A DNA stretch of 64,000 nt from Fibrobacterota bacterium (GTDB lineage Bacteria; Fibrobacterota; Fibrobacteria; UBA5070), in contig JADKBN010000030.1 in the NCBI GenBank assembly GCA_016715065.1, forward strand, positions 18,905 to 82,904. Reading direction: 5' to 3'. How positions within the stretch are numbered: position 1 is the stretch's first letter; the number at the start of each line of letters is the position of its first letter. Under the pieces are notes generated by a model, which had not been told where the DNA came from, searched no databases, and saw only the letters and a list, made by a program, of their open reading frames with translations. Positions 47,601-56,900 of this stretch are shown here, one piece after another. The position numbers were made by a program, and so were the translations under genes.

Positions 47601-49812
47601 ACCTGTGGTATCCCAAACCGGGATGGCCCAGAATTTCAGGTGATGCTTCTGGAGAAGGACAACTTTTGAGGTGAGATCCGCATCCTTGTCGAGGATGGTA
47701 CGCTCTGTATCGGATAGGGACTTTTTGTATTCGATCGGATCCTTCCGGAAGTCCACCACCGAACCACTCACACAAACTGTCGTGGTATCCGCGATGCACT
47801 TCTGGGCCGTCAAGGATACGGTGGGATCCATAAGCCCCAGGAACACCTGGAGGTCATCCGTGGAAGAAGCTAAATTCGCTCCGTCCACTGGCTGCTCCTC
47901 TCCTGTCGGGTCTGTTCCGGCCCTTTTTGGAATCGCTACGAGCACTCTTTGTTTAGTACTCCGATTCAGATAGATCAGGCTGTGGATATTCGCAGAATCT
48001 TCACGTCGCGTGACGGTTGTGTCGTCCATTTCGTCGATCGTGGTCAAGTTCTTGGTGGAGATGGAGGTGTTTCCACGTCCGTCATCGGTGAGGTTCGTCT
48101 TGATCAACTGGATCTTGGCTCCCCGCCAATCCACGCCTTCGGCTGCACCAACGTTCACCGACAAAACCTCGCCGCCATGAAGCTGCAGCCCTAGTGGAAC
48201 CAACCGGTAATCCGATCCTCCCAAGAACAAAGAACCATTGGACTTGGGCTTGGCCAATCGATAGCTCGCCACATTGCCCAGACGGAATCTGCTATCCACG
48301 TATCCAACACCCCAGGTGCGACCCAGTGCCCGCACGCCCGTGGTGAAGCCATTACTTCCCCCCTCGAACCGTCCAAACCGGGTCACGAAAGGCCCAAGCC
48401 AATAGGTGGAACGTGGGAACTTAAACCAACGACTCTTGATGATCGCACCGCGCTCCAAGCCAACGCTCGCAGAAGCTTCAGCGGCCATGTTGTTGCCGGA
48501 GTTATCCGACCAGATATCGATGATGAATCCACCCTGCACGGCAAGCATGGTGTGCAGCCGCACGTTCACTTCACCGTGGAACTGCTTGCCCCCTCCGAAT
48601 ACCGCCGCACACGCGTCGGCATCGGCGGTTCCCTCCAGCATCTGGAAATCACCGTAGATGCCAAAGTTGATCCGATTGAGCTGGACCCAAACACCAGTGG
48701 TCCCCTTCAGAATGGATGCGCTCTGGGCTTCCAGGAACACAGCCAGCTCCACCTTCATGCCGCGTGGCATGTCCACACCGGTGCATTTTTTGGCACAGGG
48801 AGGCTGGTGGTCGCCATCGTAGAACGCGCCTTTGAGGCCCGCGATGTACAACCCTGTCGTACCCAACGGAACACGTGCCCCGTTTTTCAGGCGCATCGAC
48901 ACCACTGCTTTGCAAACACCGACCTTGCACCTATTCGGGTCGGGTTTTTCAACGGCAAGTTCGGCGTTGAGTTTACCGATAGGCCCGGCGAGGTTCAGAC
49001 CTGCGGTGCCTTCAAAGCTCCAACCACCCTTTCCGTTCAAAGTCTTGTTAAACCGGATCACCATCTTGGCTCCATCGAAGCCGATGTCATCGGTCAACTT
49101 GATGCCAGGAATCCGGAGGGGCAGCTCGTTCATACTCCCGCGTACATGAACGTAGGATGGGTTGCCATTGAAAAGCACCGAGAAGTTGGTGGACAGTGTG
49201 TCGCCACCCAAGGCACCGGGCAGAGCCAAGCGCACGTTATCGAAAGCAAATCCCGGATCATCGTCAAACAACGGCATCACATCCAGTTTGGAAATTACCG
49301 TGACGCCAATTCCTGGAATTTCCAACGCCAAGTTGTCAAGATCAGGCAGGCCCACAGGTCTGACTGCATCGAATCCAACCACTCCGTCGTACCTGAGTCC
49401 ATCGATGCGCACGCCCTTGCCCCTGAGTTTGTCAGCGTAGCCCGAGCTGGACGAGTACCCCACTGATTTGGAAGCGTCATTCTCTGGTTTGTCGGCCAGA
49501 TATTTGGAAGCTTCACCGATGGCCACTTGGAAGGTCTTGGTGGAAACAGTGAGGTCGTTGTTCTTCTTGCCCAACTGAAGGCCCTGCACCACTACGTCCA
49601 TTCCCGCAAGTTTGCAGGCGAAGTCGTCCACGTGGAATCCCCAGCCCAATTCAACCGGGTCGGCGCTACTGACATCCTTGGTGAATTCCACAATGCCATT
49701 GCCGTTCGCATCGCACTTGCCCGCGTCCAAGTCAATTTTTGGTTTGAGTACGAAGGCGATCTTGTTGAGAAAATTCCGACCGTCGGCGAAATTGGTAGGA
49801 ATGGTTTTTTTT
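41685..49812 (-). CDS. Giant surface protein, segment C (C-terminal ~2,700 aa; LamG-like, FG-GAP/VCBS-like and CARDB-like regions)
   Basis: ORF 41685-49730 has no signal peptide. Its frame stays open upstream to 49835 and gives protein-like sequence (KKTIPTNFADGRNFLNKIAFVLKPKIDLDAGKC). Recognised regions include a LamG-like stretch (SLWLRWNP..LWANGQRV), FG-GAP-like repeats (VTDLDADGVPEIVAGN, SDFDADGRTD) and a CARDB-like end. Confidence 0.7.
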
Positions 49813-50943
49813 GCTGTCGTTGGGGTCTGGCACCGTCACCACGGCATCCTGGGCGGTGGTGTTGTAGAAGAACCGAAGATCGGGAACCGTCACGCTGAAC
49901 GGTTTCATGACCTTTACCCATCCCTTGTTGTCAGCCCCTAGCTTCAGGAAAGCGCTTCCTTGTTTGAGACGGAGTGATCCGTCCTTCACGAACACGCCGG
50001 CGGAGATGATGGCGTCCACCCCAGCTGGGAACACGGGTTTGATTTCCTTGGTCCGCAGGTGGGCCTTGCTCAAGGTGATCCCGAACTCTCCATCCTTGAT
50101 CTGCAGACGCAGCTCGTAAGGAATCGTTCCATTCTCGCCACCAGCGATCCACACGTCGGGTTTGGGGTCGTTGAGCGGATACACTGCGATTGTGTCGGTA
50201 GCCTGCACGCATACGTCGCCCTCGAAATCACCATCCAGCGACACGGAAATGGAGGACGTGCCATCGCACCCAATGTTATAGGTCTTGTTCCCGATCTTGA
50301 TCTTGGCAGCTGTCAAGGTAAAGATCGGACTTTGTCCTTTTCGCCCAGCAAGAGTGACCGTCACAGGATTTTGGGGCGCCCCCAACAATTTGACATCCGA
50401 AGTGATGGCCAGTCCATCTGGGAACGACTTCGTGCCACTGGCCTGGAACTGCTTCACATCAAAGGACGTTCCATTGGTCTGGACCGAAAGACTATCCAAG
50501 TGGAATGCCGTGTTGCGCATCGCCTCGATGGGGAAATCCTTCGTGAGTTCGATTTCCCAGTTCGTCAAGCTCAGGTCCAGATGCTTGTCCGCGTATTTGG
50601 CATAAACCGGCCATCCCTGGGTGGTGAGTCGCACCACCACTGGAGTCTGGTCAGAAGCCTTGTTGTACGAGCCCTTGATGACCGTTTTGATCCGCTCGCG
50701 CGTCAGTTGCAAATCCAATGCAAACCCGATCGGCGCGGTCTCAAAGCCCACCGTCCAGTCGAGATCATCCACGCTCAGGTTAGGAACCATTTCACCTGAC
50801 TTGACGCCAAGATCCATGGTCACCCCCTTGATGGGAAGTTTGTAGCCGTCCAACCCGAGCTTCTCAAAGGCAGCTCCCAGCTTGACCACAGTAGGGGAGG
50901 AAAGGCGAATCGCCGGGTAGAAAGTTCCTTTGATCTGGATCCC
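49732..50943 (-). CDS. Giant surface protein, segment B (~400 aa, middle frame)
   Basis: This is the protein-like part of ORF 49732-51219, starting around ..GIQIKGTFYPAIRLSSPTVVKLGAAFEKLG. Upstream of ~50943 this frame is R/C/W-rich noise. The tail after the A8 tract (NHSYQFRRRSEFSQQDRLRTQTKN) looks non-native. Confidence 0.6.
   Translation of the reverse strand, partial: GIQIKGTFYPAIRLSSPTVVKLGAAFEKLGLDGYKLPIKGVTMDLGVKSGEMVPNLSVDDLDWTVGFETAPIGFALDLQLTRERIKTVIKGSYNKASDQTPVVVRLTTQGWPVYAKYADKHLDLSLTNWEIELTKDFPIEAMRNTAFHLDSLSVQTNGTSFDVKQFQASGTKSFPDGLAITSDVKLLGAPQNPVTVTLAGRKGQSPIFTLTAAKIKIGNKTYNIGCDGTSSISVSLDGDFEGDVCVQATDTIAVYPLNDPKPDVWIAGGENGTIPYELRLQIKDGEFGITLSKAHLRTKEIKPVFPAGVDAIISAGVFVKDGSLRLKQGSAFLKLGADNKGWVKVMKPFSVTVPDLRFFYNTTAQDAVVTVPDPNDSKKNHSYQFRRRSEFSQQDRLRTQTKN
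49805..49812 (-). repeat. A8 homopolymer (coding sense) at the segment B to C frame change
   Basis: The plus strand has T8 at 49805-49812. The coding sense reads GACAGCAAAAAAAACCATTCC. Seven A residues would join the two frames (..DSKKTIPTNF..). Confidence 0.9.
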
Positions 50944-53900
50944 GTTGTGCGGTCGCCTCCAGGTAAACCTTGTCCAACTGGAGAGATCCGATCGATCCCG
51001 GAATCTGCCAATCCCGCCAAGATGCAGGAACGTCAAGTTCAGCACCAACAGCCACCGGCATACGGTCGGTCGAAAACACCGCTGTTTGCACTTCGGCGCT
51101 TGGCGCACCCGGTAGGCCACCGGTTCCAAAATCATTGAGAGCCATCTGTGGTCGGTACAGCCGCACAAACAAGCGGCCGCGGTTTGCCATGATCTGGTAG
51201 CGGCCGCTCGGGATGGCATTCACCACCGGGAGTCCTCCCACCCACACTTCGTACTGGGCGGTCTGCGCCGGAGTTCCCAGCGAACCCACTCCCTCGATGT
51301 CGGCGAGTTCAAATTCTGGATCCAACGTGAGTTCGGGATCGGGAACCGTCACAGGCTTAAAGTCTAACCCACCCTTTTCGGTGAAGAATTTGTCCAGGAT
51401 CACCTTCGGTGTGGCAGCCTGGATCCGCAATTCGTCATCGTTGGGATCAATGTTCAACTTCGCCTGAATGGTCGCACCACCAGTGGAAATTTTCACGTCT
51501 TGGCTGGACGATGCGGCCACGTAGCTTCCTGCCCCGAGCTCAAGGCTCGTGAACGGGAACCGGAATCTGTCATCCGCCTGGGTGATGGTTCCAATCTTGG
51601 TGTACTTCCAATTGGCGTCTTGCGCTTTGCTCAACACAAGCGTCTTGTTGGTCGCAGCCAGGGGAGTGAGCACCCAACCAATCCCATCCTTGCGGGCGTA
51701 GGTCCACATTACCACATCATCCAGCCTCAAGCTGGAACCCAAATTCAACTGCACTAAATTCGTCGAGATGCCCGTCCCCTGCAGCACAGGAGAACCTTTC
51801 ATGATCGTGGCGCTGGAAACGATCGACATGCCCGTGAACGACTTCACCCGTTGTGACACACCCGCTTGAGCGGGGGTGAGCTTGGAATCAGGGAAGACGA
51901 GATCGAACACCAAGTTGGACACACCACTGCGGCCAAAGGAGTATGACTTCACGTCGTAACCCCAGAGAGAAGCTCCGCTCACATTGTGCAAGGAGGATTT
52001 TGTCAGATTCACGTTGGTCGCAGGAACCTGTAGAGTTCCGCGCGAGAGGGGTGACCCGCTTACCCACTTCGATCCAGGATTGGCGTCCGGCGTCCAATTC
52101 AGATGGTACGCAGTATCCAGAGAATCAAAGGCAGCGCCCACCACAGACCAAGGACCATCGGTCTGGATATGTAGAGGGAACGTCAGGAACGGCCCCACGT
52201 TGGGCTCACAGCCCATGGTCTTGAACTCCAATCCGCTCGCAGTGCGACGGATCTCCGTTTGGCAAGCCTCGATGCCGAACGCTTCTTCGTCGCCGGAAGC
52301 GACAACGTTCCTAAACCAGAATCTGTCCTTCGAGAAATTCGCCAGGCCCAGATATTGAGTCCCTCCACCACCAGTTACACCGGCATCGGAGAGGGAGAAT
52401 GCAGCCGAATTGCGCGACGGACGTCCCGCGTCGTCAATCAACTCTGCCTGTTGAATGAGCAGGCTCCAAGACGAACTAGTGAGGTCAGTGGTCATGGATT
52501 CGGTTTCGAGGAACCCAGCCCAACGACCTAAGGTCCAGGGCATCCGCGCCACGTCGTGGCATCCGGATTCCACAGTTCCGGTCAGCTTGCAATGCACGGC
52601 CGCCAACCGGCCACCGATCACGTTGTTCAGGCGCAACCCAGACGCTTCTTGGGTGAACGAAACCAGGGCGCCGCGCAAAAGCAAACGGTTGGTTGCAGTA
52701 TCGTCTTCCTGAACACGGAAGGCAGGAAGCTCCAGGTCTGCGTAAGTGATGGAGTTCGTGCCGGACTGCTGCTGCCAAGCTTGCCGAACATGAAACGTAA
52801 GCCCCTTGTTAGGCGGTCCATCCAAGAAGGTGGCCGTCATGGCACCCGGATGGGTTTCGCTCAAAATGGCGAAGTCGATACCCGAGCGATTCCCGCGAAG
52901 AGAGCCAGACTGGACGTAAGCCACCAACACGGTGCGGTCGCCAATTTGGAAATCTTGGAGGGTCTGGCCAAATGCGCCAAGTCCTGTCAGCGTGGCCGTA
53001 TAGGTGCCATCTTGGTTCTTCACCACGGGTACTTCCGTAGAATCATTCGTCAATGCGCCATTGGTTCCACTGCGATGACGGAGCCACGCCTTGATCTCGG
53101 CGTTTTCCGGAAGAGTGAATCGACCATCCGGTACGAAGGATGCCGTGGCGACGTTTCCGGTGATCCATCCCGAACCATCCCATGGTGCCAAAGCAATTCC
53201 CACCGTGGGGAACTTGGCAGCGCTGGACTGGGTAGCCACCGTGATGGTGTCAGACGACGTGTTCCCCATGCGGTCGGTGGCAGTGATCCGGAATCCGTGC
53301 AGCGTACCAGACGCCAACGAGGGTGCCGAGACCAGAATCTCATTCATGCCTTGGGTGCCCACATAGGGAAGAGAGGCAATCGCTTCGGCAGGATCTGTGG
53401 TGATAGCGGAAGGTCGCAGACCCAACGCGCGGAAGGTCACGCCGGGATCCATCATCCGGATTTGCAGTTCTTGATCGCCAGGCTGCAGGACAAGTTCATC
53501 TGCCTGCTGATGCCAGCCTTGGGCAAATCCTGTACCAGAATGCCAAATCACACCAGGAGGAGTCAATCCACCACTTGTACCGACCGGCGCTAACCGGAAC
53601 TCGAAAGCCTGCCGGGTTTGTCCGGCGTAGGGCCCCGGAACGGTCCAAAGTTTGACCTGCGCTGGTGTCAAAGTTGGGTTGCGAACCGTGAAGGAAACCC
53701 AAGCACGCTTTTGGGATGCCAATGGCGTTGGCAACACCATCAAGGGGAAGAATCCTCCCCCTTCGGAATGATCCAACCACTGGTGACGCAACCTCGGTGC
53801 ACCTGAGCTTGTATCGGTCCACCCACCAAATCCCGTTGCCTTCGCAGAAGACAACCTTGGGCGGAACAAGATGGTCCCGCTGTTGTCCGCCACAAAAACC

Positions 53901-56900
53901 TGCTGGAATGCCACGTCCACCGTGGAACTGGAAGCACAATGTGATCCTGGAGTCCACTCCACGCTGAGCCTGCCGGACATTGTTTGGCGGGTCTGGCTGG
54001 ACGAATCGTCCAACCCGCTCACCTTAAGTTGGATGGAGTCCAATCCGGCGTAGACCACCGAGACAGCAGGCTTGGGCAGCGGACGCAGATCATGTCCGGA
54101 CTTCCATTCACCGAATCCGGTCCAGCGCAATTGGATCGAATCCGGTTTGGTATCGGTGTAGGAATTCCAAATGGTTTCACATCCCCAACCACCGAGCAAC
54201 CCATCATCCCAGCATTCACGGGTCGTCCAGCTGTAAGTGGTGCTCTTGGTTGTCAAAATCTGGATGGAATCCAGAGGCCCGTTCTTGGAAAGACCGGGCG
54301 TCGAAAAGAACTCCGGTGGAATCCGGTTGCGTGGGATCCGGATTACAAGATGATCGGAATTATCAACATCCGGAACAATCGCCGGAGTGCGGGGAGCCAA
54401 GCGAATCTGGACGCCGCCAGATCCGGGTGTGAGTTGGGTCTGACCCGCTCTGAGAATCAGGTCGCCCGATGCCTGCGCCTGTTCCAGGATCAGGTCTCCA
54501 AACAGTCCGTCAGGTTGCACCGGGAATCCAGAAATGCTTTTGGAGTTCAATCCAAAAGCGTCTCGTACGGTGATGGTGGCTTTGTAGAACTGGTCGAGTT
54601 GAAGATTGTTCGTCACTCTTGAGGCAACAGGAGCATGGGAGAACGGAAGCGTTGCGATATCCATCGAAGGCGCAGGAGATCCCGCCTTTTGCACCAACAA
54701 GGCATGGATATTCGGCCCCTGGGAAGCTCGCAAGCTGATAGCGTTCCAGCCTCGCAGCAACTCCATAGATCCCAATTGGTTCCAACCCTCGCGGAGCAAG
54801 GTGGTCTGAATCGACCAGGTTGCTCCTTGGTCCTTACTTACACTGAAGTCATCCGCAAGGTGGTCTGTCGACCAATAGATCCAAACATCGTAGTTCGTGG
54901 TCTGAGTGGTGAAAACATCCCACTGGGAAGCGGCGGCTGACTTGCCCAATGGAACCCTAACACCCCCCCCAGAGAGAGGCTCCTCGAAATTGACGTAGCC
55001 TGGGACACTGAATGCACCAGGCGTAGTAAGCCGAAAAGCAAGTTTCGCAGATTCCGGATTCACCTCACGATCGTTACATGTTTCTGGCGCATTGTCATTG
55101 CGGCGGCAAGTGGTCAGGGTCGCACGTGCACCATGGGTTGCCGGGACACTGAGATTCCAGATTGCTCCCCCATCGTTATTGATCGTGCGGCGGCCTCCTT
55201 CCACAATCGCAGGGCCGTCCGGATCCAGGACATGCCATGCCACAGGCCTCGAATCCACATGATAGACCACACTATCCCGAATCTTCGCGATCCGTTCCGG
55301 AGTCCAGGAATTAGCGAACCTTGCGACGGCACCGAGATAGCGGACCGAGTGATCACTGGCTTTTGCGAACAAGGCGGCTCCGGAACCATTCTTCAAATCG
55401 GCCAGGCTTCGACGAACCGTCCAGGAATCCAGATCACCAGGAGTATTGGACTCGTCATATTCCGTCACGGGAATGCGGACATCCACATTCCGCAGGCTTC
55501 CGTCCACCATCATGCTGACACCAAACAAGACGGTATCCAGGATTCCACCTGGGAATTGATTGCGCTCAAATTTGAAGACAAGGTCTCCCGTCCCCAACTC
55601 TTGCTCAACCGAAGCTCCATCCTGTGCGAGGAAATTCCTTCGGAGAAGAGAAATCTTCATGTCCGGGGCCGTGTCGACGTTCTGTCTTGAAACCGGGTAA
55701 TTCGGAGAGTGTTCGAAGAGAACAGGTCCCAACCGGTGACTTCCCGGCATCACATCCAGGATGATTGGCTGATAGCGAGGATCCTCGACTGTCACCTTGT
55801 AGAGATCGCGCGGAACATCCATGATCCGACCTGTGGTCAACTGGCCTGCTCCATAGGAATTGAAATCGGAACAGCCTCGGAACCCTCGAGTGCCACTGAT
55901 ACAAACCTGACCTGAAGGCCGTGGAATCTGAAGCAGGTTCACGGTGGTGATTCGCAACTCGAATTTCGATGACGGCACGGAAAGAGTGACCGACCCGCCT
56001 CCCTGGTTGGCTTTGTCATCCGCTCCCACGAGTTCCACCAGGTAATCCTGGCCATCGCGAATGTACGGAGCCTTCGGGTCGACAGGATAGGTGTCCCATT
56101 GGGGTTCGATCCAAGGGATGTCCACACTTGTCGCACCGGTTGGTACTGGAACGATTCGTTCATGCCGGTCGTCGCCACTGGTCAGGGACAGCCGAATGAA
56201 TTGTGGAGTTCCTGGCTCGAGCCATTTCCAATCCACATGAACGTCCGGCTCTCCAAGGCGGTTGGGCACAACGATTGCCGAGACCATCGCAATCGGTCCG
56301 TTCAGATCCAGCCCTGTGAATTGCGCATCCTTCTCCAAGGCCTTCCCGTCCGCCGCCAACGGAAGCTTGACAGAAAGTGACGTACTTCCGCGAGCCAGGG
56401 ACACCAGCGACATGCTGGTTCGATCAAGCGTCCATGTGGACGATCGACCCACGACCAACTCGTACTGTCCATCCGTCCAACGACCATCGCGGAACGATGG
56501 CGCCTGGACCACAGCCAAACGCGCGGGTACTGTTCCCCAAGCGCCCGTTGCCGGATTCAGAACCTTGATCACACCGTTCTGGAGAGCAACTGCTTCCAAG
56601 GAGTACCTCGAGAAAAAGGTCGCCTTCAAATCGCCAGAGACCAATTGTTCAGTCTTGATGCCATAGATTTCCACCTGCGGCGGAACCACCTTGATGATCA
56701 CCTCTTTTGTGGTCTGGGCACCAGCCAGATCTTTGACGGTAACCTCTACAACCACCGGCCCTGAGAATCCTGCGGGTGCCTGGAAAATCAGTTTCCTATC
56801 CGTGACCGTCACGACTGCCCCCATTGGAGCACCCACTGAAAGCTTTGCGGTCCACGTAAGGTTCAGATAGCTGTCGTCCGGGTCATCGACCCAAACCGCC

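Noticed and set aside
49728-49734. TGA-c-TTG junction as a genuine stop and restart for a separate 2,681-aa protein
   Set aside because: It mirrors the protease-toxin junction (TGA-g-ATG), so it was considered. However, the product would lack a signal peptide. The preceding 24 codons of segment B look non-native, and the alternative frame upstream is protein-like from the A8 tract. The case is kept as an open alternative in the findings.
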